The notes under the pieces: generated by a model | What the model was told of the DNA's origin: nothing | The model's database searches: none | Seen by the model: only the letters and a program-made list of their open reading frames with translations | In this document: one piece after another, positions 26,460 to 36,225 of the stretch | Layout of the letters: every line of letters begins with the position of its first letter | How positions within the stretch are numbered: the stretch's first letter is position 1 | DNA from: Anolis carolinensis | Lineage: Eukaryota | Length of the DNA stretch: 64,000 bases | Assembly (NCBI RefSeq): GCF_035594765.1 | Contig: NC_085844.1 | Coordinates: forward strand, 25,559,923-25,623,922 | Direction of reading: 5' to 3' | Made by a program: the position numbers and the translations under genes

Positions 26460-26990
26460 ATTGAGACAGGAAGTGTATTGGTATCCTGGGCAATTATTTT
26501 AAAACCAGCGCTCTCTAGTTTTGACATAGTGTTTCAGCAGCTTATCCTCTACATTTTACACTAGCTGAAGCTCCTGAGTGATCTTCTAGGGCAGCCCCAC
26601 ATGCACTACATTGCAGTAATCTAATCAGGAAATTACCAGTGTGTGACCAACTGCAGTTAATTTATCCCTGTCCAGGAATGGCTGCAGTCATAGGTCCAGT
26701 CAAAGCTATCCCTAAGCCGTGGATTCCATATGGACTTTCAGTGACAAGGAAGTATATAAGAGTATTTCAAAGAGGATGCACCTGCTCCTTTGGTGGAGTA
26801 TAGCAACATGAAAGGCAGGGAGTTCCCAGACTCAAGAGCTATGAATCTACAGAGGCTCCAGTTTATCAGGATTTGGTTTCAGTTCACTGGCTTTCATCCA
26901 GACACTTACCAGGTACTTGCACAGCCTCAGCCAACCAAAGGACAACAGTTCGCTGTCATTAGCACATTGATGGCACCCAGCCACAAAACT
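26460..26990 (-). mobile_element. Degenerate L2 LINE RT fragment
   Basis: Minus-strand remnants QCANDSELL (QYADDTQL), WMKASELKPNPDK (WMxxNxLKLNPDK) and LDYCN; multiple stops and frameshifts. Confidence 0.75.
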
Positions 26991-27325
26991 CTTCATATAT
27001 AAATATTGAACAACATGCGTGAAGATGAGAAAGAACTTGGGGCAGCCCACAGTTTAATGACCAGGGAGCTAAACAGGAGTCCTCTAATGCCACTCCATGG
27101 AACTGTCATCATTAATAGGATTAGAATAAATAATAATAAATAACGATTTAAATATAATGCACACCCTAGTCCCATCATACATGCTCCTAAATAATTTACT
27201 CAGAAGTTACTTCCTGGTATATCATTCTTATCAGCCATAGAAGCAACACATTCATTATATTTAACACAACATTTCATCATTGCAGAAAAATCAACTGAAA
27301 TTCATTTCAATTTCTGATTGACAAC

Positions 27326-28474
27326 TGTCAAGGACAGAACGCCACAAGATTCAAAGTAACAGAGTTTATTAGATTACAGAACTCAAAAATGCCCGTAAAA
27401 CACAAGGGCCAGGCAGTTTTTGCCTTTAGGAGCAAAAAGGGGCAAAAGTAAATGTTCAAAAGATAAACCGGATTAAACCGGAGTTTAATCCGGGTAAAAA
27501 CAAACTGCTTGCGTCAGCCTGGGTATAAACGAAACGAAAGCCAAGGAACAAAAGATACAAAGAATGCAACTAATTGGCAGCAGATTCCTCTCTGCTGCCA
27601 ACACTGTGCTTAGAGTAACTTGCGTCGCTCCCCCACACACACAGCAGACAGGATCTCCAACACGAGTAAAACAGCCAAGGATTGTAGCAGTTGAGTAGAC
27701 CAGTTCCGTTCCGTAGATCAAAGCCAGAAGCAGACGTTTGTAGTTTTTCCAAGTCCAAGAAGGGGGGAAGACAAGCCGTGGTCAGTTCAGTCCGAGTTCT
27801 CAAAGCAGGAGATGGCGTCCGTCAAGAAGACGACGGAGGGTCAAGCTAATAAGAGTAAGCACAGGTTTGCACAAACAAATGCCCACACAATCCCTCCCGC
27901 CGTCTGACCCTGGATTCCAATCAACTTACGTCACAGCACAGGAAAGCACACAAGTCTTCAGGGAAGCGTCCCACACACACACGGATCCCAAGCGTTTGCC
28001 CAGATTACCTTGCCCAACGCAATTTGCAATTGCTCCCAAGCCCCATTTTATGCCAGTTACAAATCTTCATCACTGTCAGCTGTCCTCCTTAACCCGGGCG
28101 TTTCCTCATCACTTTCCTCGTCAGAGCTGGAACACCTCTGACTACGCCCAACAGCATCTCCAGCTGTGGATCCCGTCCCATCCCTCCAGCTAAACCATGG
28201 GTCTAATCCTGAAGGTCCCCATTCATCTTCTGTCCCATCATGGCCAGTGGCACCCACTTCCTCCCTTACCCGAGTCCAATCCATCTCATCCTCCTCTGAG
28301 CTAACCAGCCCCTCCTCCATTCTCTCCGTAAACCCTTCGAAAGACTCCTCGTCAGAAGGTGCTGCAAATATGTCTCGCAGTCTTTTTCTCTCTCGCTCCT
28401 CGAGAGTATCTGACTCTCGAGGAGTCTTACGCCCACGTCTGTCAGTAACAGAGCCATGAGGCTCAATCATAACA
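27326..28474 (-). repeat. 3' LTR
   Basis: Minus strand TGTTATG...TGACA; AATAAA at 27365-27370; CATAAAA TATA-like box at 28046-28052; U3 fully occupied by the pol reading frame. Confidence 0.97.
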
Positions 28475-31400
28475 CTATCCCCTCTCACAAAGGCCTCCTC
28501 CCCCGATGGCGGAGAAGTGGCAGTGATACCCTCCGCTATAGCACCACGACGACTAGAGGTATCAAGTTTCAACAGCGAACGATGAAAGACTGGATGGACC
28601 TTTAAACTAGACGGTAAACGCAAACGAAACGCAACAGAAGAAATCTTTTTAACGATAGGAAAGGGACCCAAATACCGAGGCGCAAACTTTCCCCCAGCCT
28701 GTTTAATATGTTTGGAAGATAACCACACCAAATCCCCTTCTTCCAACTCCTCCCCTGCCTGCCTGTGGCGGTCAGCCTGAGTCTTTTGCGTTGCCTTAGC
28801 TTCCAACAGTAAGCGACGGGCAACATCATGCAACGCAGCCATTTCCGAAGAGCGGTACACAGGGTCCGAAGAGACCACATTGGTCGACGGCGCCACACCT
28901 CCCCGTGGGTGAAAACCATAAGTTAGCTCAAATGGCGTATGCTGACTAGACGTGTGCACCGCATTGTTGTAAGCAAATTCCGCCACCGGTAACCACTTTA
29001 CCCAAGCCGTGGGTTGATCTAAACAAAAACAACGCAGATACTGCTCTAAGAGCCCATTAACCCGTTCCGACTGTCCATCCGTTTGCGGATGGAAAGCTGA
29101 AGACACGTTTAACTTAGTCCCCAAACACTCATGGAAGTGTTTCCAAAAGCGTGACACAAATTGCGGAGCCCTATCTGAAATAATCACCTCGGGTGCTCCG
29201 TGCAAACGATAGATGTGCTTTGTAAATAGTAAGGCCAACGTAGGGGCCGCCGGAATGGTTGAACAAGGAATAAAATGAGCCAGTTTACTAAATAAATCCA
29301 CCACCACCCAAATACAAGTATAACCCCCAGACTTAGGCAAATCTGAAATAAAATCCATGGAAATGATTTGCCATGGCCTCTCCGGAACAGGTAAAGACGA
29401 TAACAACCCTCTAGGGCGCCCAACAGGCGTCTTACTCTGCTGACAAACGGCGCAGCTGTCACAAAAGCGCAGAATGTCTTGCCGCATCTTTGGCCACCAG
29501 TAGCTCCTGGTGATAAGCTGTACGGTCTTGAACCTGCCAAAGTGCCCAGCCATGGGTTCGTCATGGTGGGCTCTAATCACCTCCAACCTGAGGGCCCCCA
29601 CTGGTACGTAGACCTGCCCCCTTCGTACCAATACCCCGTCTTGATCCTGGAGATGCGGCAGTATGGTACGGTTACCTGCAGAGAGCAGCATCAGTTGCTC
29701 CTGAGTCCACACATCATCCTTCTGAGCCTCAAGGATCTGGTCATGTAACCCAAGCTCATTATCTACAACACACAGAGAGGCAGTAGGCAAGATGGTCTGA
29801 CATACTACCTGCTCATTGGTCTTAAATTCCGGCTTGCGGGATAAAGCATCGGCCCGCAAGTTTGCCTTCCCCTCCACGAACTGCACCTTGAAGTTAAACC
29901 TGGAGAAAAACAAAGCCCAGCGGATTTGACGCTGGTTTAACTTCTTTGCTGTTTGTAAGTGCTCTAAGTTCTTGTGATCAGATCTGACCACGATCTGATG
30001 CCGTGCCCCTTCAAGCCAGTGCCGCCACACCTCAAACGCCACCTTAATCGCCAACAACTCCTTCTCCCATATGGTATAGTTCTGCTCGAAGGGTGTTAGT
30101 TGCCGCGAGTAAAATCCACAGGGACGCAAGGTCCCTGAGGAATCCTTCTGAGACAATACAGCCCCCAACGCGTAGCTAGAAGCGTCCGCTTCTACCACGA
30201 ACGGTCTGTCAACATCAGGATGGGTTAGTATGTTGTCCGATTGAAAACTAGACTTTAGTTGTAGAAACGCCTCGTGAGCTTCCCGCCCCCACACAAATGG
30301 CTGTTTCTTGCGCAGAAGCTGCGTCAAAGGTACCGTGAGCTTTGCAAAATTCGGAATAAACTCCCGGTAGTAATTAGCGAAACCCAAGAACCTTTGTACA
30401 TCCTTCTTAGTCTTCAGCTCCTGCCATGAGTTGACGGCGTCAACCTTATGTGGGTCCATTTTAAGTTCCCTACCTGACACTACATGACCTAGGAACTCCA
30501 CTTCAGGCACATGAAAGACGCACTTGGAAGCCTTGGCGAAAAGCCCATTAGCCCGCAGTCGGTGCAGAACCTGCTTGACATGTTGACGATGTTCTTTCTC
30601 GTCCTTAGAAAAAATCAAGATATCATCCAAATAAATCACTAAAAATTGGTCAATTAGGTCCCTGAACACATCGTTCATGAACCTCTGGAATACCGCAGGA
30701 GCATTACAAAGCCCAAAAGGCATGACTCGGAACTCGTGGCATCCGAAACACGTGTTAAATGCCGTCTTCCATTCATCCCCTTCCCGTATACGAATTAAGT
30801 TATAGGCCCCCCGCAGGTCAAGCTTGGTAAAGACCTTAGCCCCTTGCACCCTTGATAACAGTTCCGAGATTAAAGGGAGCGGGTACCTATCCCGAATGGT
30901 GTATTTGTTTAGGATCCGATAGTCACAGACCAGCCTAAGTTCCCCAGTCTTTTTGGCTACAAAGAATACTGGTGCCGCAGTTGGAGAACTAGATGGGCGA
31001 ATAAACCCCTTGGCTAAATTTTCATCTAGAAACTCCCGCAAAGCTTGCCTTTCCGGTACAGTCAAGGCATACAGCCTCCCTGCTGGCAGTTTCGCACCTT
31101 CTGCCAACTTGATGGCGCAATCATATGGCCTGTGCGGTGGTAATTTGTCCGCTTCTCTTTTACAAAATACATCAGAGAACTCCCCATACTCAGCAGGCAC
31201 TCCCTCCATATCAGAATGAGTAACATTTAGAGTGCAACAATCCTGCCTCTTTAAGATCACTTTACGTGTTGCCCAATCTACTTGTGGGTTTACTACAGCT
31301 AGCCAATCCATCCCCAGGATCACATCATATCTAGGCAAGCTCGTAATATCCCACACAAACGTTCCCGTTACTCCCTGCACCTCCCACGTTACTGCTGAGG

Positions 31401-31680
31401 TTTCATGGTTAACCACCCCAGTCTCCAGCAGTCTCCCATCTGCTCCTTCCACCCACACGTCGCATGCCTTGCGCACTCTAGGAATGCCATGCTTCTTAGC
31501 AAACTCAATATCTACATAGGAGACCGTAGCTCCTGAGTCCAGCAGTGCCAAAGTAGAAACAAGTTCCCTTCCCCCAACAGATAATGTAATGGGTACGAAA
31601 ACATGCTTCCTCCCCTCAGTTGACTGCTTGAGGAGCCCTAGTGCGTTGGACTCACGTCGCACTAGGGCTGGCCTTTTCCC
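28057..31680 (-). CDS. pol: Pol polyprotein (protease, RT, RNase H, integrase, LTR-encoded acidic tail), probably expressed by -1 frameshift from gag
   Basis: Uninterrupted 1201-aa ORF (28057-31662): LLDSGA protease, YLDD RT (30622-30633), EADAS RNase H, H..H..C..C zinc finger, D-D-E (SMDF/SDR/SERVN), GPF motif; no chromodomain; frame open upstream to the slippery site at 31674-31680. Confidence 0.95.
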   Translation of the reverse strand, partial: GKRPALVRRESNALGLLKQSTEGRKHVFVPITLSVGGRELVSTLALLDSGATVSYVDIEFAKKHGIPRVRKACDVWVEGADGRLLETGVVNHETSAVTWEVQGVTGTFVWDITSLPRYDVILGMDWLAVVNPQVDWATRKVILKRQDCCTLNVTHSDMEGVPAEYGEFSDVFCKREADKLPPHRPYDCAIKLAEGAKLPAGRLYALTVPERQALREFLDENLAKGFIRPSSSPTAAPVFFVAKKTGELRLVCDYRILNKYTIRDRYPLPLISELLSRVQGAKVFTKLDLRGAYNLIRIREGDEWKTAFNTCFGCHEFRVMPFGLCNAPAVFQRFMNDVFRDLIDQFLVIYLDDILIFSKDEKEHRQHVKQVLHRLRANGLFAKASKCVFHVPEVEFLGHVVSGRELKMDPHKVDAVNSWQELKTKKDVQRFLGFANYYREFIPNFAKLTVPLTQLLRKKQPFVWGREAHEAFLQLKSSFQSDNILTHPDVDRPFVVEADASSYALGAVLSQKDSSGTLRPCGFYSRQLTPFEQNYTIWEKELLAIKVAFEVWRHWLEGARHQIVVRSDHKNLEHLQTAKKLNQRQIRWALFFSRFNFKVQFVEGKANLRADALSRKPEFKTNEQVVCQTILPTASLCVVDNELGLHDQILEAQKDDVWTQEQLMLLSAGNRTILPHLQDQDGVLVRRGQVYVPVGALRLEVIRAHHDEPMAGHFGRFKTVQLITRSYWWPKMRQDILRFCDSCAVCQQSKTPVGRPRGLLSSLPVPERPWQIISMDFISDLPKSGGYTCIWVVVDLFSKLAHFIPCSTIPAAPTLALLFTKHIYRLHGAPEVIISDRAPQFVSRFWKHFHECLGTKLNVSSAFHPQTDGQSERVNGLLEQYLRCFCLDQPTAWVKWLPVAEFAYNNAVHTSSQHTPFELTYGFHPRGGVAPSTNVVSSDPVYRSSEMAALHDVARRLLLEAKATQKTQADRHRQAGEELEEGDLVWLSSKHIKQAGGKFAPRYLGPFPIVKKISSVAFRLRLPSSLKVHPVFHRSLLKLDTSSRRGAIAEGITATSPPSGEEAFVRGDSVMIEPHGSVTDRRGRKTPRESDTLEERERKRLRDIFAAPSDEESFEGFTERMEEGLVSSEEDEMDWTRVREEVGATGHDGTEDEWGPSGLDPWFSWRDGTGSTAGDAVGRSQRCSSSDEESDEETPGLRRTADSDEDL
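28475..28488 (-). promoter_or_regulatory. Polypurine tract
   Basis: Minus strand GTGAGAGGGGATAG abutting the 3' LTR. Confidence 0.85.
31635..31680 (-). promoter_or_regulatory. -1 programmed ribosomal frameshift signal
   Basis: G GGA AAA heptamer in gag frame (31674-31680), 5-nt spacer, perfect 11-bp stem GCCCTAGTGCG/CGCACTAGGGC; pol is in the -1 frame. Confidence 0.85.
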
Positions 31681-32361
31681 GAAAGCTGGGAAGGTTTCAC
31701 ATTACAATTTTTGGCAAAATGCCCAGCATTCCCACAGTACAAACACAAGCCCAGCTGCCTCCTACGGCTCTTTTCCTCTGTAGACAGCTTTTTAAAGACC
31801 CCAAGCTCCATGGGCTCTTCCCCCATCACCACAGGTGCCCTGGTTACATGCATGGGTGGCGCACACATTGCTTTTGAGTGTTTACGAGCCTCGAACCTTG
31901 CGTCTAAACGCAGCACCTTAGCTACTAAGGCGTCCCAGCTTTCAGCCGGCTCCAAGCGTGCTAATTCATCCTGGAGCATATCACTTAACCCGGCAGTAAA
32001 TAAAAGCATGAATGCATTTTCCCCCCAATCCAGCTGGTGGCGATACAGGTTAAACTTATTTAAGTAATCCAAAACAGTCCCCTTTCCCTGTTTCAACCGA
32101 TACAGAGCCCACCCAGCGTTCTCCGTGCGGAGAGGATCCCCAAAAGTATCAGTTAACAACTTTTTGAAATTATTCAAATTGTCCTTGACTGGGTCATTTC
32201 CCAAAATTAAATTAGTGGCCCATTGTCCTGCGGGACCGGTCAACAAACTCAAAATAAAGGCCACCTTGCTAGTGTCTGTAGGAAAAGCATGAGCACTGAG
32301 CTGTTTGGCTAACGGTAAAAGCCGTTTGCAATTGGTCTACTTTGGCCCGTAACTCATCCAT
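31662..32361 (-). pseudogene. gag: Gag (capsid-like region plus CCHC knuckle), disrupted near the N-terminus
   Basis: ATG at 32361 gives MDELRAKVDQLQTAFTVSQTA and stops at 32269; a different frame from ~32300 gives QLSAHAFPTDTSKVAFILSLLTGPAGQWA...LKQG...EPMELG...CLYCGNAGHFAKNC. Confidence 0.88.
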
Positions 32362-32403
32362 CGTCTTCCTGACGGGTTTATTGCTGCAATAAACCTTTTA
32401 TGG

Positions 32404-32414
32404 GCGTTGGGCAA
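32404..32414 (-). promoter_or_regulatory. Self-priming primer-binding site (Tf1 type)
   Basis: TTGCCCAACGC begins 2 nt after the 5' LTR, lacks the TGG of tRNA-primed sites and is exactly complementary to GCGTTGGGCAA at 33111-33101. Confidence 0.85.
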
Positions 32415-32416
32415 TC

Positions 32417-33565
32417 TGTCAAGGACAGAACGCCACAAGATTCAAAGTAACAGAGTTTATTAGATTACAGAACTCAAAAATGCCCGTAAAACACAAGGGC
32501 CAGGCAGTTTTTGCCTTTAGGAGCAAAAAGGGGCAAAAGTAAATGTTCAAAAGATAAACCGGATTAAACCGGAGTTTAATCCGGGTAAAAACAAACTGCT
32601 TGCGTCAGCCTGGGTATAAACGAAACGAAAGCCAAGGAACAAAAGATACAAAGAATGCAACTAATTGGCAGCAGATTCCTCTCTGCTGCCAACACTGTGC
32701 TTAGAGTAACTTGCGTCGCTCCCCCACACACACAGCAGACAGGATCTCCAACACGAGTAAAACAGCCAAGGATTGTAGCAGTTGAGTAGACCAGTTCCGT
32801 TCCGTAGATCAAAGCCAGAAGCAGACGTTTGTAGTTTTTCCAAGTCCAAGAAGGGGGGAAGACAAGCCGTGGTCAGTTCAGTCCGAGTTCTCAAAGCAGG
32901 AGATGGCGTCCGTCAAGAAGACGACGGAGGGTCAAGCTAATAAGAGTAAGCACAGGTTTGCACAAACAAATGCCCACACAATCCCTCCCGCCGTCTGACC
33001 CTGGATTCCAATCAACTTACGTCACAGCACAGGAAAGCACACAAGTCTTCAGGGAAGCGTCCCACACACACACGGATCCCAAGCGTTTGCCCAGATTACC
33101 TTGCCCAACGCAATTTGCAATTGCTCCCAAGCCCCATTTTATGCCAGTTACAAATCTTCATCACTGTCAGCTGTCCTCCTTAACCCGGGCGTTTCCTCAT
33201 CACTTTCCTCGTCAGAGCTGGAACACCTCTGACTACGCCCAACAGCATCTCCAGCTGTGGATCCCGTCCCATCCCTCCAGCTAAACCATGGGTCTAATCC
33301 TGAAGGTCCCCATTCATCTTCTGTCCCATCATGGCCAGTGGCACCCACTTCCTCCCTTACCCGAGTCCAATCCATCTCATCCTCCTCTGAGCTAACCAGC
33401 CCCTCCTCCATTCTCTCCGTAAACCCTTCGAAAGACTCCTCGTCAGAAGGTGCTGCAAATATGTCTCGCAGTCTTTTTCTCTCTCGCTCCTCGAGAGTAT
33501 CTGACTCTCGAGGAGTCTTACGCCCACGTCTGTCAGTAACAGAGCCATGAGGCTCAATCATAACA
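32417..33565 (-). repeat. 5' LTR
   Basis: Copy of 27326-28474; CATAAAA at 33143-33137; predicted transcription start ~33111; ATG-initiated 137-aa ORF at 33561-33148. Confidence 0.97.
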
Positions 33566-33787
33566 ACAACCAAACAGAAAGATGTGAGTCTTCGCTGAAA
33601 GATTTATGAATCTTTGCACCACAAAGGAGTTTGGATTACAACACTGCTTACTTTATAAAATGAAATTTTACCATTATGGGCAAAAGTTCATGCCTGTAAT
33701 TATTTCAATGCACTTCTCAGTTGATGTGTCTTAGGCAGCTGAGCCAAACCCTATTTTACATATGCAGGTCATTTCATAAGAACTGCA

Positions 33788-34023
33788 NNNNNNNNNNNNN
33801 NNNNNNNNNNNNNNNNNNNNNNNNNNNNNNNNNNNNNNNNNNNNNNNNNNNNNNNNNNNNNNNNNNNNNNNNNNNNNNNNNNNNNNNNNNNNNNNNNNNN
33901 NNNNNNNNNNNNNNNNNNNNNNNNNNNNNNNNNNNNNNNNNNNNNNNNNNNNNNNNNNNNNNNNNNNNNNNNNNNNNNNNNNNNNNNNNNNNNNNNNNNN
34001 NNNNNNNNNNNNNNNNNNNNNNN
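33788..34023. other. Assembly gap
   Basis: Run of N. Confidence 1.
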
Positions 34024-36225
34024 GTATGACTAAAATTGCCTTTCTTGACATGCATGTTTAGAAGAATAAAATTGTATTTAACATTTCTTTTATCTCATCA
34101 TATTCTCATAGATCGTTGAGGGTTTTTTTAAATTCTTCTTCCAACAATGTTCCTGTTTAAAAGCAAGAGAAAGTGAGTTGATTCACGCACACCATTTTCC
34201 CATTGTTCATTTCCTGGATATAAGTCATTCCTTAGTGCCAGTAGTTTCAGCAGATTTCATTACCAACATTGCACTATGCCTTGGGAATATACAGTGCTCT
34301 ATTTTAATGGGCTGTCATCCCACTCAAAACAAAAGGACCATTTGAAAAGTAGTTCAAATGTGTCAGAAAGGTCAAAATTTCTCTGAAGATTCTACAATAG
34401 CACTCAAATGACAAAATACATGAACTTAAACTTCCAAACACTTGGGTACAGATAAAGCCGTGACCTGTGTCTCTAGTTCTGATGTGTTAAATCTAAGCAG
34501 AAACAGACATACTACTGAAAATTTTAGTGGCAAAATTTAAAGCTGCATTAATGCAGTCTGCTTCTTATCTGCTGGCCAGAAACAAATCACAAATGTTCTT
34601 GTGGGGGGAAGAATATAAAAGGCGAAAATTGTGAATTTATCCTCAGTGGGTGGCTGACCTACTGACTATCCTAGGGGGAAAAGCCATTCTATTTGCATTT
34701 ACAACTAAGAATAGGTATTACACATTACTGCTGTCTCCAAGCAGGGACAACTATAGGGTGTTGTAGAGCTTCATGAATGTGAAGTCTATCATCAAAAGTG
34801 CTCTAGTCCTTTAAAGTAAAAATAACAGAGATATCTCACATTTCTTATCTGGCCATTATGGAGTAAGGTATCTCAGTTCTCCCAAATCGTGAAGTCAGGG
34901 TAAAGACCAGAAAACACATTTCCCACAACAGACCTTCTATTGCCAACTTTCACATTGGAAACCACAGAGTTGGCCTATATTTTTGGATTTCTAAGATTAA
35001 CGAAGAGAATGCTGATAAATCTAATGCAAGTAGACATTCTCCAAAAATATTCAGCAGAATTCTCTTCTGTGAATTTCCCAATCCCTACCGCCCACCCCCA
35101 CCACCATGCATCATTTTAATGAGATCTATAGTTTATGAGATCCACCAAGACTCATCACTCATGTCTTAGGTAAAGCTCAGCAGCAAAGTTTGAAAAACAT
35201 ATATATTTACAGTCCTTATAAGAAGCATCCAATAGCTCCCACTATATTTTGCTGATGCCAAGTAGTGTATTATATTGCCGCTTACAGGGTGCTCCCCCAA
35301 AATGTATATCCCCATTAGCATCTTATAATTATGGCCATTTTTGCACACGCGCACACACACACATACAAATATATACACCCTTAACAGCATGAAACATTCT
35401 GATAGGAGAGAAATGTCATGAAATTACAAGAGAAACTTTGAGTGAGTCTTGCAACTCTGTTTCAACAATGAGATCAATTCATTTGCTATGCAGGGGACAA
35501 CAATATGAGCAGTTTACACAAAATTGTAATTTAAAATGAAATTTGTAACTCTGATTAAATCATTTTATATTTATACTTCAATATTAATGTATTTATTTGG
35601 CATTCAAATAATCACCATAGCTACTATTTGATACTTTTTTTCTGAGTTTTATGCAGTATACATTTTTCTTGAGTATAATACAAGATTTTTGTATACATTT
35701 TCCTGAGTATAATGCAATATTGGGAATTATTCTCAATACTATAGAAAAGTACCTGTGTCCGATTATGAGAACGAGGTAAAGGATGCAAAGGAAATTATGG
35801 GCTTTATTCAAGTTATCAAAGCAACCAATTGAGCCATCTTTGGAAAAAGAAATCAGATCATTTGGAATAAGGAATCTTCTTTTCTTCTTACATCCAAAAT
35901 GTACGAGGAAAACGTGTCTTGTAAAATCATACATACATTCATACATGACAGAGAGAATAAAATGTATTTATAATTACGTGCTGCGAATAACATATTCAAA
36001 ATGTTTTATATATTCACAATAAAGCAACAATGGCATCTTTTTAGACTGTCTCAATGCTAATTCCAGTTATTTTACTCGCCCATTCCCCACTCCTTAGATT
36101 TCATTCTATGTATACTTTGGATAAAATTCAGCCTTCCTATACTGTGATGGGTTATACTTAGGCTTTGTGGCAATGAAGTCCACTAGCTACTCTGCTACAT
36201 GTAAGCAGTGTAGTAATTTTCTCTA

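Larger units (their letters stand above)
27326..33565 (-). mobile_element. Ty3/Gypsy LTR retrotransposon, Tf1/sushi (chromovirus-related) type, very recent insertion, gag-defective
   Basis: Two 1149-bp TG...CA LTRs offset by 5091 bp with identical ORF translations; 5-bp TSD ACAAC (27321-27325, 33566-33570); gag and pol in PR-RT-RH-IN order; PPT; self-complementary PBS. Confidence 0.98.

Noticed and set aside
28475-28600. Chromodomain after integrase
   Set aside because: Only ~30 residues lie between VFHRSLLK and the LTR, with no chromodomain motifs (Y.V..I, YLV.W.G, WEP)
29184-32067. Antisense and alternative-frame ORFs within gag-pol
   Set aside because: Shadow ORFs of a long coding region, with no motifs
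33721-34055. ORFs made of X residues (also near 24.9, 40.4, 49.9 and 56.6 kb)
   Set aside because: Artefacts of N gaps
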